Counted from the stretch's first letter, positions 20,614 through 31,546 are shown. The stretch: 64,000 bases of DNA from an uncultured bacterium (GCA_963848965.1 CAWKFG010000004.1:416001-480000); one strand, 5' to 3'. The notes: a model not told the origin generated them from the letters alone. Made by a program: numbers and translations.

Positions 20614-21018
20614 AAGTCCTCCTTTAATTAATAGTATAATTCTACCAAGTTTAATTGGCATTTGTCAAGGAGTTTAAATATGATATGACAAACTATCCTA
20701 AGACAATATTCGTCTATCTGCCTTCACTCGTCTATTTGTAGAAAAAGCAACTTCACAAATTTATGATGCAATAGAAAGCAATCCAAGGTAGCATATATAA
20801 CAAAACGCCAACATCTTATTGCTTGGATCATAGACACTACTAGGATGCTAACACGGATGCACTAGGACGCCACAGTACATCCTAGTGAATTACCAGGCAA
20901 CAAACTAAAGATAAAATTTTCTATAGCAGTTAGAGCTATGCTATAAGTTTGTTCAAATCACGATTTTGGTATAAATTTATAACAAATATATCGATATATT
21001 AACGATTCTTGAGAATAT

Positions 21019-21048
21019 TGGTGTCCCTTGCTTACATGTTTCGGAACC
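21019..21048 (+). repeat. att-like site R2
   Basis: TGGTGTCCCTTGCTTACATGTTTCGGAACC (1-nt deletion). Confidence 0.9.
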
Positions 21049-21391
21049 GGGAACTTGAATATGAGCCAAACATATACAGCAGCTTGGAATCATTCTACTC
21101 ATCGCTTAGCATTTAGACTAATAGTTGCTAACACTTAGAGGTTTATCTATCAACGCTTGCACTATATCAATAAGTTTTTTACTCTTGAGAAAGTTACTCA
21201 GCAGACTATACTAGGCTATATAAAACTTTTATGACCTAAACTATGGACTTATAATTTTATGGTAAAGATTAAAAAAGCAAAACCAAAATCCACGATCTCA
21301 CTTACGTTAGCTATGGGAATATAGCAAAGTCACCTTTCATAATGAAAAGCATATACTATCATAATTAATTTAACCCTATTGAGAAGCGATT

Positions 21392-21727
21392 ATGACTATT
21401 ACATACAAACAATTTGAGGATGTAGATATTAGAGTAGGTACTATCGTAAACGTTCAGGATTTTCCCGAAGCACGTAAGCCTGCCTATAAACTCTCTATCG
21501 ATTTTGGCAAATCCATTGGTATCAAAAGATCCTCTGCTCAAATAACACATCATTATACGAAAGAGCAACTGTTAGGGAAGCAAGTTTTAGCTGTCGTTAA
21601 TTTTCCTCCTCGCCAAATTGGTCCTTTTATGTCAGAAGTACTAACGCTGGGCTTACCTGACGAATCCGGTAATGTGGTACTTATTCAACCAACATTGACA
21701 ATTCCCAATGGAGGTAAACTTTTTTAA
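21392..21727 (+). CDS. csaA: CsaA-like tRNA-binding protein / export chaperone
   Basis: DIRVGTI...FPEARKPAYKL.IDFG...SSAQIT...VVNFPPRQIGPFMSEVLTLG. Confidence 0.9.
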   Translation: MTITYKQFEDVDIRVGTIVNVQDFPEARKPAYKLSIDFGKSIGIKRSSAQITHHYTKEQLLGKQVLAVVNFPPRQIGPFMSEVLTLGLPDESGNVVLIQPTLTIPNGGKLF

Positions 21728-21776
21728 AAGCTAGAGATTATTAAAGCCCCTTATTCCTTATATAAGAAAAAATTTA

Positions 21777-22283
21777 TTACTGCGATACCGTCGTATCGAT
21801 TGACGTATGCTCTAAATTGGCGCCTTGAAGATTCAGATTGATTAAAAAATTTACTATGCCTCGATTAAAATCTTGAACCATACTAACTCTTCCTCCAGGT
21901 AAAGAATCTCCCAATAATTGTATCACAAGTGCGCGAATCTTTGGAAAGTAATTAAATTTATTTGTTAACCTCACTGTATCATCTATACCTTTAATATATA
22001 AGCTGACTGCTTGTTCATTAGCTTCTGGAAGTATATCTGCTGGTTGCCATTCTGAGCTTAAGTTGAATCTTGTTGAGTGCCCAGATTTTAATAATTGCGG
22101 TCGCTTGAATTCAGTCGAGATTATATAATCGTTAGGTGTTTTATTAGAAACCTGTACAACAATATCAGGATATGCTCCTCTTAATGCAGCTATTACCTCT
22201 TTATCTGGTTCAGGCTCCATTCCTTTAATAGATAAAGGTAGAATATTTAGTAAACCAAAAATACATAAAAAAATTTTATTCAT
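21777..22283 (-). CDS. Hypothetical secreted protein
   Basis: AAGGA RBS, signal peptide followed by GMEPEP. Confidence 0.7.
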   Translation of the reverse strand: MNKIFLCIFGLLNILPLSIKGMEPEPDKEVIAALRGAYPDIVVQVSNKTPNDYIISTEFKRPQLLKSGHSTRFNLSSEWQPADILPEANEQAVSLYIKGIDDTVRLTNKFNYFPKIRALVIQLLGDSLPGGRVSMVQDFNRGIVNFLINLNLQGANLEHTSIDTTVSQ

Positions 22284-22452
22284 ATTGCATCCTTTTTATA
22301 AGCCCTATTAACAAATAAATATATATAATAAATTACAGATTAGTCAATATTAAACTAAATTTAATTATAAACCGTTGTCAGCAAAAGTTCTTGTTTAATT
22401 AACCCATATTTGATATAATGGGAAATATAATTATAAACGAAAGGATCTTATT

Positions 22453-22722
22453 ATGAAATCCATTTACGTAAAGGTTGATGAACGCAATCGTATAGCTTTA
22501 ACTAAGGCTACTAAAACTCCTTACAAAATTTACAAAATTCGCATGGAAGGCGAAACTATAATTCTCGAGCCAGTTATAGAGGCGCCAAAAGAGCAACATT
22601 GGTTATTTAAACCTGAGAATAAACATCTTTTGGCCCAACTTGAAGAGGGCTTAAAGCAAGAAGCTACCATATCTCGTGGTTCGTTTGCACAATATGCGAC
22701 TGACAATGAAGAAGATGAATGA
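22453..22722 (+). CDS. Putative AbrB-like antitoxin
   Basis: VDERNRI.L...G.TIILEP motif, acidic tail, overlaps downstream toxin-like gene. Confidence 0.65.
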   Translation: MKSIYVKVDERNRIALTKATKTPYKIYKIRMEGETIILEPVIEAPKEQHWLFKPENKHLLAQLEEGLKQEATISRGSFAQYATDNEEDE

Positions 22723-23008
22723 AATACGCTTTTCTCCTCGAGCTGATAAAAACATGCAAGATTTGGAAGATGATCCATCCAAGGAAAGAATACTCAAAGA
22801 TGTTAAAAAAGCTCTAGGATTTATGGAAACTAACTTAAGGCATCCTTCATTGCAAACTCATGAATTTGATGAAATGACAGGTCCTAATGGAGAAAAAGTC
22901 TTTGAAGCTTATGCTCAAAATAAGACACCGGGAGCATATAGGATATTCTGGTATTATGGACCGGGAAAAAACGTTATATCAATCATTGCAATTTTACCAC
23001 ATCCTTAA
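22715..23008 (+). CDS. Putative RelE/ParE-superfamily toxin
   Basis: NLRHPSLQTHE...VFEAYAQNKTPGAYRIFWYYGP...ILPHP. Confidence 0.7.
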   Translation: MNEIRFSPRADKNMQDLEDDPSKERILKDVKKALGFMETNLRHPSLQTHEFDEMTGPNGEKVFEAYAQNKTPGAYRIFWYYGPGKNVISIIAILPHP

Positions 23009-23134
23009 TAGGAATTAACAGTCATCAAGCCAAGAGATCAGAAAAGACCATTTATATACTAAAAGTGTCTTAATTAGAGCTTTTGATACATTTTACACCG
23101 AGTATATCGATCTAGAAATGGTTCTAAAGCAAGC

Positions 23135-23165
23135 TGGTGTCCCCTGCTGTACATGTTTCGGAACC
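23135..23165 (+). repeat. att-like site R3
   Basis: TGGTGTCCCCTGCTGTACATGTTTCGGAACC. Confidence 0.92.
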
Positions 23166-23222
23166 GTAAACTTGAATGTGAGATTTGTTTAGATGACATT
23201 AAAGTAATTTTTGTACAACCTA

Positions 23223-24377
23223 TTAAACCTTAATCTCTTTTAATATATTAAGTCCCCAGGCTGTACTCTTTTCACTTAATGGGAAATGAATATTGCCTGG
23301 GAAAATTACATACAAATGATCCAGTCTCAAATCTTCAAGTGCTATATGCATAGATTTTGTCATTTTAGGTGTATCACTGTACTTAAATTCAAAGCCTAAA
23401 CGCTTTCCACTTTTAAAGACAAATAGATCCAGCTCTGCTTTATTAGAAGTTGACCAAAAATAACAATCATCTGCTCTTATTTGCAAACAATTAATAACTT
23501 GCTCTAAAGCAAAACCTTCCCATAATGCCCCAATTTTAGGGTTTTTTGCTAACTCTGTAAGAGTATGAATAGAGGATAAGGTATTAAAAATACCACTATC
23601 TCTAAAATAGATTTTAGGCGTTTTTACTTGTCGCTTTTTTATATTTTCAAACCAAGGCTGCAAAACACGTATCATAAAAGTGCCTGCCAATATATCTAAG
23701 TATTTTTTTATTGTTTTATCTGACAACATTAAAGAATGTGCAATCTCATGAGCATTAAAGTACTGCCCATGATAAAAACAAAGCATCATCCAAAAGCGAT
23801 GCATTATTTTTGAGGGAACATCAAAACCAAAGTTTGGTAGGTCTTTCTCTAGAAAAGTGTTGATATATCCTTCTCGCCATAAAAAACTATCTTCCTCTGA
23901 TTGAGCTAAATAAGATCTCGGAAATCCGCCACGGATGAGTAACTTATCTGAATGATCAACTTCAAAAATGGTAAATGGAGGCAGCTCTATGTAGCCAATT
24001 CTTCCAGCTAATGTTTCTGATGATTGATGTATTAATTCTCTTGATGCGCTTCCCAAAATCAAAAATGAGTATTTTTTTTCTGGATCATCAACAAGTACTC
24101 GTAAAACTGGAAAAAGGTCTGGTCTACGTTGAATTTCATCTATAACAACAAGAAAGTTTTCATACTTGCTTAATGTAAGCATTGGATTTTCTAAGCTTGC
24201 TAAATGGATAGGATTTTCTAAGTCAAAAAACTCAACCTTACCAGTATATTGCTCAGAAAATTGACGCGCTAGTGTTGTTTTTCCTACTTGACGTGCTCCC
24301 AGAATTGCACATATTGGTTGTACCCTTAAATGTCTTTTAACTTGCTCTAAATATATTTTTCTTAGCATATTTTCCAT
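23223..24377 (-). CDS. AAA_14 + DUF4143 ATPase
   Basis: GARQVGKTT, IDEIQ, LGSAS, ETLAGR, KIYFRDSG, ELDL...FEFK. Confidence 0.9.
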   Translation of the reverse strand: MENMLRKIYLEQVKRHLRVQPICAILGARQVGKTTLARQFSEQYTGKVEFFDLENPIHLASLENPMLTLSKYENFLVVIDEIQRRPDLFPVLRVLVDDPEKKYSFLILGSASRELIHQSSETLAGRIGYIELPPFTIFEVDHSDKLLIRGGFPRSYLAQSEEDSFLWREGYINTFLEKDLPNFGFDVPSKIMHRFWMMLCFYHGQYFNAHEIAHSLMLSDKTIKKYLDILAGTFMIRVLQPWFENIKKRQVKTPKIYFRDSGIFNTLSSIHTLTELAKNPKIGALWEGFALEQVINCLQIRADDCYFWSTSNKAELDLFVFKSGKRLGFEFKYSDTPKMTKSMHIALEDLRLDHLYVIFPGNIHFPLSEKSTAWGLNILKEIKV

Positions 24378-24465
24378 GCAAATTCGGAACTATAGTCCAA
24401 TATTACATGGAACTATAGCAAAAGTCAAATGACTAGAATAATCTACCAGACATTCCAAGAAAGGC

Positions 24466-24496
24466 TGCTATCCTCTGCTTGGCATATTTCGGAACC
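24466..24496 (+). repeat. att-like site R4 (degenerate)
   Basis: TGCTATCCTCTGCTTGGCATATTTCGGAACC followed by GAGAGCTTTTGTTTGAGATTGATTTTAAAGA. Confidence 0.8.
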
Positions 24497-24557
24497 GAGA
24501 GCTTTTGTTTGAGATTGATTTTAAAGAGATACAAGCACTTCTTGCTTTACCTTTTCA

Positions 24558-25289
24558 TTAAAATACCATTGTACTTCTTTTATCTTTATTAAGCTTGCTA
24601 AGATATGGCCTTAAGAATCTAATAAATTTTTTTTCATTTGCTATACCTTCTTGAGTATATAAATTAAAGTGTGCCAATGAACGTTCATCTGAATCAATAA
24701 CCAAAAGAGTAACCGGCCTTTGAGGTAGATTTACTAAAGAAAATAGTACCCAGTGGTCACCTACGGTTACAACAAAGTATATTGCTTGTGGCTCTCTCTT
24801 AACCATGGCCATCAGGCGATTAAGTTCTTTATGTAATAAGTCATCCAAGTCTAAAGAAGTCTCTTTAGAATCAAGCAATGTGATTTCGTCCTTCTTTGCT
24901 GTCAAACATATGAGCTTATTTCCAATACCATTTTTATCTGCAAGTCTTTGTATGTGATAGTCCCAAAGGCCCTTATCCTTTCCATACTGAGTATATAGTT
25001 TCTTAAGTGCTTTCTGGTTTCGTAAACCAATTTTTAACACTTCTTTAAAATTACGTGGAGTTTTAAGAGCCTTTTCTATTGCAAGTGCATGAAAAACAGC
25101 CCGCAATCCACAAGACCATTCATCAGCCTGAGCTAGATAATTGCGTATTTGAATTACATTATGCCTAGTAAATTGTTTAGTAACAGTTATTACAAGCGGC
25201 TTACTGAGGGAAATAATATAACTTAACGGCTTGGCCGCTATTTCTGCTATAACTATTAAAAGAGATAAAATAACTATTACACTATTCAT
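24558..25289 (-). CDS. Secreted protein with a possible cysteine-protease triad
   Basis: Signal peptide; QADEWSCG...DHWVL...VIDS. Confidence 0.55.
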   Translation of the reverse strand: MNSVIVILSLLIVIAEIAAKPLSYIISLSKPLVITVTKQFTRHNVIQIRNYLAQADEWSCGLRAVFHALAIEKALKTPRNFKEVLKIGLRNQKALKKLYTQYGKDKGLWDYHIQRLADKNGIGNKLICLTAKKDEITLLDSKETSLDLDDLLHKELNRLMAMVKREPQAIYFVVTVGDHWVLFSLVNLPQRPVTLLVIDSDERSLAHFNLYTQEGIANEKKFIRFLRPYLSKLNKDKRSTMVF

Positions 25290-26016
25290 AATTATACCTT
25301 TGCCTTTAATAAATCACGCTTGCTTTGGCTCTTTGGTACTTTAAGAAAGCCTATAAACTGACAAAAAAATGGGTTTATTTACAAGATTTTAAGCTCTATT
25401 TCAAAAAAGGTTGGAATCTTTTGCGCTTGCTCAACTGCTAGAGCATGCAAGATGACATAGAGGTCACAAAACTAATTATCGTCTTGTGCTAACCTATAGC
25501 ATATGCGTTCAACATATTTTCTTCGTAATTTATTAAATAGGATAATAACAAAAGTATTAGCAAACTCAAACGCTTGGCTTATTCTTAAATTTTAATTAAA
25601 ATAATCGATAAATTTAGCAAAAGCACTATTGAAAACATAGAGGGATAAACTTGCTTCTTAATTGGAGCTAACGGTTCTATTAACAACAATAATTTGGATG
25701 ATATAGAAGAGCATGCTTAAATTTTACGATTAACCCCGAAAAGAATAGTGGCTCCATAGGTTGGGTATTCTTTATCCCCATAAAAGTAAAACGATAAAAT
25801 CTTTCAATGGTGATGCTTGATGGACGAAAAACACCAATAGAAGACTCTAAATTAAGGAAGTCAAATAGCCATCCTTGAGATGGCAACGCCCATCAACCAC
25901 TGCATCTTGCAGCGCACGTTGATTTAGATTTTTATTTGCAAATAAAATTGACATCTATTTTAATATTAGTTACTATAAGTAAGGAATTTAATGTTTTTAT
26001 AATGTAAGGTCTAACT

Positions 26017-27438
26017 ATGAAGATGTATGCGAAATTTCTCGTAACTGTATGCAGCCTAATGGCTTTCAGTATAATTGCTATGGAGAAAACTGCCGATCAA
26101 AAGAGCAATTACCGCGGACTAGCCATATCAATGACTGATGAGGTGCTACTAAGTAAGAGTAAAAGCACCGATCGTGAATTTATCAACCTTATCCAAAATG
26201 CATATCCTGAGATGAATTACTTGACCTCACCAGCGCATGCAAGCCCTGAAGGTCAGGCTAGTGCTCATGAATCTTCTCCTTCAAAGCTTCTATTTGGGAA
26301 GCAACATATAGAGTATGATCGTACTATTGTTGGTATTCTTGCTTTAAAATGGGTACTTGTAGACGATTATGATCACTTTGTTGAAGGGCAGCCGGAACAT
26401 ATTAAATTAAAAAGAGAAAGCTTTAACGAGCTGCGCACCTTAACGCTCAAGGTCATTAAAAATGGTATGCTCAACGCTTTAGTAACCTCGCTGGTCATCA
26501 ACGATTTAGGTAAAATAATCTCTTTTGTTAAAGAGGTTGAAGGACGAACGGGAATGAGTGAAGTTGACCATGATAACATTTTATTTACGGCCTTATTAAA
26601 GTATCCAGAACTTATTCCTAGCTTTACTCATTTAACAAGTGACCAACAAAAAACGATTCTTAAAAGTCTTGGCGCCCAGTTTAATTTAGGTCAGTTTGTT
26701 CGAGCAGAGAATCTTCCTGCAAGTTTAAAGGGCTTACAAGGGCTTAGCCAAGAAGAGCTCGATTTTAACAATATCCATGTATTATACGACCTTGCTGGCG
26801 CACGAGGTCACATTTCAAGTCAAGGTTCATTATTATTAACTGAACCTGTTTATCAATCCTTTATTACTGCTTTTAAGGTGTTTAATGAGATTGCACCTAT
26901 AACATGTAACCAAGATTTAACGCATATATACAATGCTTATCTAGCTTTACGAGCACGATCTTTAAATAGTAAGGATTCACTTGCGATACCAGAAAGCCGA
27001 GCTTTAGTCCGTATTGCATGTATGGTAGGCTCTAGTAATGATGCTGAGTTTACTAAAGTAAAAGATGCTTTTAATAAGTTATCCTATAAAGAACAAAAGA
27101 TACTTATTGATGAGCTTAATAAGACAGGTATTAATGATGTAGGTATTTTGCTCTATTATGCGCCAGCTATTCTTACTAATGCACGATCTACATCTCCCCA
27201 AGATTCGGAGTATAGCCTCCAAGTTGGGCTAAGATACTTAGCCAAAGTCTTTAAATTAGCACGAGCTTCCATTGCCGATGGACAGCAAGGCAGAGTGTAT
27301 ACGGTAGATTGTGCAGCTTTGGCCCAGGCAATAAAGGTCCCTCAAGAACTTGGATACTGTACCCTTGAGCTTAAGCCTGTAAATAATGATGCTCAAGTGG
27401 TAGTGCATGCTAAGCTATTAGGCGCTCCCTATAATTAA
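26017..27438 (+). CDS. Hypothetical secreted protein with HD-like motifs
   Basis: Signal peptide + AMEK; INDLGK...DHD...YDLAGARGH. Confidence 0.65.
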   Translation: MKMYAKFLVTVCSLMAFSIIAMEKTADQKSNYRGLAISMTDEVLLSKSKSTDREFINLIQNAYPEMNYLTSPAHASPEGQASAHESSPSKLLFGKQHIEYDRTIVGILALKWVLVDDYDHFVEGQPEHIKLKRESFNELRTLTLKVIKNGMLNALVTSLVINDLGKIISFVKEVEGRTGMSEVDHDNILFTALLKYPELIPSFTHLTSDQQKTILKSLGAQFNLGQFVRAENLPASLKGLQGLSQEELDFNNIHVLYDLAGARGHISSQGSLLLTEPVYQSFITAFKVFNEIAPITCNQDLTHIYNAYLALRARSLNSKDSLAIPESRALVRIACMVGSSNDAEFTKVKDAFNKLSYKEQKILIDELNKTGINDVGILLYYAPAILTNARSTSPQDSEYSLQVGLRYLAKVFKLARASIADGQQGRVYTVDCAALAQAIKVPQELGYCTLELKPVNNDAQVVVHAKLLGAPYN

Positions 27439-27494
27439 GCCTTATCCTTTGGTCTTATTTCTATCTAAAGCTTGAGCCCTTAGCAAAAGCCCTA

Positions 27495-27522
27495 TCAGAA
27501 CCGAGAACTTGAATTTGAGGTT
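27495..27522 (+). repeat. att-like site R5 (right arm only)
   Basis: TCAGAACCGAGAACTTGAATTTGAGGTT, near-identical to the R7 right arm. Confidence 0.75.
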
Positions 27523-28455
27523 ACCCTTCATAACGATCTTGAAGCTTTCCTAACCCTTATTCAGGCTAGAATGGTAAATACTTAACGCTATATCCGAACT
27601 CCTGATACGTACGCTTGCAATATATCTATAATTTTTTTACGCTTAAATAAACATCTGACAGACTTTTATTAGGCTAATAAAGCTATTCCTATGGTAAAGA
27701 TTAAAAAAGCACAATTATCAAGTAATAAAGATTTAGGTTCCTTGCTTAATGAGGATTACTTTCAGACCTTGGAGGATCTCAAACAAAAGATCAGGCAAGC
27801 TCAACTGAGAGCATCCCTGTCCGTGAACTTAGAACTTATTAAGCTTTACTAGGAAATCGGCCACACTATTGTCCAAAAGCAAGAAAGCAACGGTTGGGGT
27901 GCCAAGATCATCGATAGTTTTGCTAAGGATTTGCAGGCAGCTTTCCCCGGAATTGAAGGATTTTCCTGCACTAATATCTTCTATATGAGAGCCTTTTATC
28001 TATCTTGTGAAATTGTCCAACAGCTTGTTGGACAATTGTCAGATTTACCGTTCTTTAAGATTCCATGGGGCCACAATGTAACGCTAATCAGCAAGCTCAA
28101 ACATAACGATCAGCGTATATGGTATGCTAAAAAAGCAATAGAAGATGGGTGGAGCAGGCAGGCACTTGAACGAATGATTAAATCTGATCTCTATAGCAGA
28201 CAAGGTAAAGCTATTACTAACTTTAATGAAAAGCTTCCTAATCCTCAATCTCATCTTGCCAACGATATATTAAAATCACCTTATAATTTTGACTTTCTTA
28301 CCTTAACATCTGAATATGATGAACGAGAGCTTGAGCAAGGGCTAGTAGATCATATACAAAAGTTCCTTATAGAATTAGGCAAAGGCTTTGCTTTTGTAGG
28401 AAGGCAATATCATATAGAAGTTGAAGGCAGAGATTATTATATAGATTTGCTCTTT

Positions 28456-30776
28456 GTGCGATCCGCAAGTCTTGCGCTTTCGATGCAAGATGAACTACTG
28501 ACACCGTGGTGGCTCAATTCCACCTCCCTTGATATCGGGGTAACAGTATGACCCACACATTAAGAACTGGTAAATCTTACTGTGCAAGCATGGGGCAAAA
28601 AGGGAGTAACTCTGAACTCAACAGAGAAATCCTCTCAAACAGAGTTAGACATGGTTACGCGAGAAACCTGTGTCTGAACCGTCGTAAGGTCGTGATGTGC
28701 GAATGAGTTGATACGCACAAACCAAAAGGTAATGAGGTGCAAGAGGAGTCAGGAATGAATAGGCCTGATTAAGATATTCTCGAGCCTCCGGCGGAAAGCA
28801 GGAACCTACATCTAACGCGAAACGGTATTCAGTGGAACGGAGTAACCATTATAACGCTCTTAAAAAAAAAATAAGCAGGTACCAGCCGCATGCGCTATAA
28901 TGGAGGGATTATCTCAGAAGCAAATGCCTAGAATAACAGCTAGGATAGGCTAACAGAGATACAGTAACTTAGAAGGTAAAGTTATGAGTAGCGGTACAAA
29001 CGTCATGAACCAATCAAAGATTAGGTATGAATGGAAAGACATACCATGGCAAAAAAAGCTAGAGGTATCAGTCTTCAAGCTGCAAAAGCGAATTTACCGA
29101 GCCTCACAACGTAATGATACCGTTATGGTGCATAGGCTACAAAGACTGTTGATCAAATCAACAAGCGGAAAACTACTTGCGGTCAGAAGAGTAGTGCAAG
29201 AAAACCTGGGCAGAAAGACTGCTGGGATAGACGGTATTGCAAACATCACACCAAGGGAACGTCTACGTCTAGCCGAAACGCTAACTCTCGACACTGATAG
29301 TAAACCAGTCAGGCGCGTTTGGATACCAAAACCGGGGAAAACAGAAAGGCGGCCTCTGGGGATACCTACAATCACAGATAGAGCGAAACAGGCACTTCTA
29401 AAACTGGCTCTAGAGCCTGAATGGGAGGCCAAGTTCGAGCCAAACAGCTATGGGTTCAGGCCTGGACGGTCATGCCATGACGCTTATGGAGCAATCTTCG
29501 AAGCTCTCAAAAGAAAAACTGCATACGTACTTGATGCAGATATATCTGGATGCTTTGATAACATTGACCACAACGAATTATTGAGAAAGCTAAACACGAC
29601 GCCAACGACGCAACGAATAGTGAAAGGATGGCTAAAGGCTGGAGTAATGGAAGGGAGTGTGTTTCAAACAACTGAGCGAGGAACACCCCAAGGGGGAGTG
29701 ATATCTCCATTACTAGCGAACATAGCTCTCCACGGAATGGAAGACGACACGAAGAAAGCCCTTGCCAACGAGCTCTTCCAATATGCAAAAGGAAAACGAG
29801 GCAAAACGGCCCATCTTCATGCACAAAAGACCATCAGCATAATTCGATACGCCGATGACTTCGTAATAACTCATGAAAGCAAAGACATTGTACTAAAGGC
29901 TAGCTCCTATATTGAAGGATGGCTCAACAATATTGGCCTACAACTAAAGCAATCAAAAACTAGAATGACTCATACTCTGAATTGGAGCGAAGATCAGAAG
30001 CCTGGCTTTAACTTCCTAGGCTTCACAGTCAGACAGTTCTCGGTCAAACAAAGCAAGAAAGGCTACAAACTATTAATCAAGCCAAGTCGAGAATCAATGA
30101 AACGACACGCAAAAGCGATCAAAGAAATGCTTCGGTCCGTAAGAGCGGCACCACAAGAAACCGTTATCAGTAAGCTGAATCCCATTGTGAAAGGGTGGAG
30201 CAGATACTTCGCAGTTGGCGTATCACGCAAAGCATTCGAACGGTTAGACCATGATATGCATCACAAGCTTTGGCGATGGGCAAAGTATAGACATCCGCAA
30301 AAGGGAAAGGGATGGATCATACGAAAGTACTTCCGCAAGTATGGCAATGACGTATGGAGATTCATGACTCATGAGCAAATGTTTCTTGCTCGCCATAGCG
30401 ACCAACTGATAAGGCGACACGTGAAGGTGAAAGGAACCAAATCACCCTACGATGGAGATATGGTATACTGGGCTACACGGCTGGGTAGATCGCTAGAGCT
30501 ACCAGTAGCGATAACAAAACTACTGAAAACGCAGAAAGGCAAATGCAAAGTATGCAGGTTCTGGTTCAAAACAGAAGACTTGATGGTAGTTCACAAAAAC
30601 ACAGGTAAAAGCAACAAGAGAGAAGATGTCAAACTTATTCACCAAAGCTGTCATTAATAAAAAAAATGAGGTATATGTATCAAAATACTAAGCTACTGAG
30701 GAGCCGTATGAATCGAAAGATTCACGTACGGTTCTGGAGTCGAGCAGAGAAAGTCGCCTTTCTCTGCTTAGATAAC
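28456..30776 (+). mobile_element. Group II intron
   Basis: 5' GTGCG; domain V GAGCCGTATGAATCGAAAGATTCACGTACGGTTC; domain VI hairpin; 3' AAC; flanking exons join in frame. Confidence 0.95.
28984..30657 (+). CDS. ltrA: Intron-encoded reverse transcriptase/maturase
   Basis: RPLGIPT..DR, YGFRPGRS, GTPQGGVISPLLANI, RYADDF, NPIVKGW; eroded HNH tail. Confidence 0.95.
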   Translation: MSSGTNVMNQSKIRYEWKDIPWQKKLEVSVFKLQKRIYRASQRNDTVMVHRLQRLLIKSTSGKLLAVRRVVQENLGRKTAGIDGIANITPRERLRLAETLTLDTDSKPVRRVWIPKPGKTERRPLGIPTITDRAKQALLKLALEPEWEAKFEPNSYGFRPGRSCHDAYGAIFEALKRKTAYVLDADISGCFDNIDHNELLRKLNTTPTTQRIVKGWLKAGVMEGSVFQTTERGTPQGGVISPLLANIALHGMEDDTKKALANELFQYAKGKRGKTAHLHAQKTISIIRYADDFVITHESKDIVLKASSYIEGWLNNIGLQLKQSKTRMTHTLNWSEDQKPGFNFLGFTVRQFSVKQSKKGYKLLIKPSRESMKRHAKAIKEMLRSVRAAPQETVISKLNPIVKGWSRYFAVGVSRKAFERLDHDMHHKLWRWAKYRHPQKGKGWIIRKYFRKYGNDVWRFMTHEQMFLARHSDQLIRRHVKVKGTKSPYDGDMVYWATRLGRSLELPVAITKLLKTQKGKCKVCRFWFKTEDLMVVHKNTGKSNKREDVKLIHQSCH

Positions 30777-31259
30777 TATCACACAAAGCTTAAATGCTAT
30801 ATAGTTGTAGAATTAAAGGCACGAGAATTTGACCCTCGCGATATTGGCCAACTTAACTTCTATATATCAGCAGTTGATGATTTAGTACGTGATTCAGAGG
30901 ATAAACCAACCATAGGTTTGCTTCTGTGTAAGACAAAAAGAAACTTTACTGCTGAATATGCTCTACGAAATATAAGCTCGCCTATCGGGATTGCTCAATA
31001 TACTACTCTAACAGAAAAACTACCAAAAGAACTTAAAGGAAGTCTTCCAACAATTGAAGAAATTGAGGCCGAGCTTGAAAGGCAGGAAATTTTACTAGAA
31101 AAAGAATAGAGTGAACTTTAATACTTTAGTTAGAAGTCAAGTAAATACGCTGAAGATAAGATCCTCTAAGGTAAGTTTTTAATATAAGCCCGTTCCAATC
31201 TTAATTTTGATATAGCACCATGTCAAATACATTCATCTAATCAAAATTCTAAAGAAGAC

Positions 31260-31290
31260 TGGTGTCCCCTGCTATACATGTTTCGGAACC
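31260..31290 (+). repeat. att-like site R6 (consensus)
   Basis: TGGTGTCCCCTGCTATACATGTTTCGGAACC. Confidence 0.92.
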
Positions 31291-31546
31291 CTAAGCTCTT
31301 GTTTGAGGTTGACCTTAAAGAAATTCCGGTGATTTTAAACCTGCTAGAAAAGTAATTTTGATATAATAAGAACTTAGTCTTTTAAGCAAACAGTCCCTAA
31401 AAAGTATGCTACAAACTACAAAATCGTACACAAAAGCTATTTATCGCTTATCGTATAGAACCTTGAACAAATTAATTAAACACAGTATTATAAGTGATAC
31501 GATAATCTGGGAATTGGATTCCCAGATTGCAAGCAAGGAGTTTTAT

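Larger units (their letters stand above)
27691..31109 (+). pseudogene. yhcG: YhcG/DUF1016 PD-(D/E)XK nuclease split by a group II intron (exons 27691-28455 and 30777-31109), in-frame TAG at 27850
   Basis: LY*EIG, IPWGHN, KSPYNFDFL, ELGKGFAFVGRQ; splicing restores IDLLF|YHTKLKCYIVVELK. Confidence 0.88.

Noticed and set aside
25440..25920. ORF 25680-25886 and surrounding sequence
   Set aside because: No RBS or recognisable motif; probably decayed sequence
28984..30657. RT as a retron or DGR
   Set aside because: Maturase domain, domain V/VI and splice boundaries identify a group II intron; no TR/VR pair seen
27931..31109. ORFs 27931-28551 and 30666-31109 as separate genes
   Set aside because: They are yhcG exons reading into or out of intron RNA
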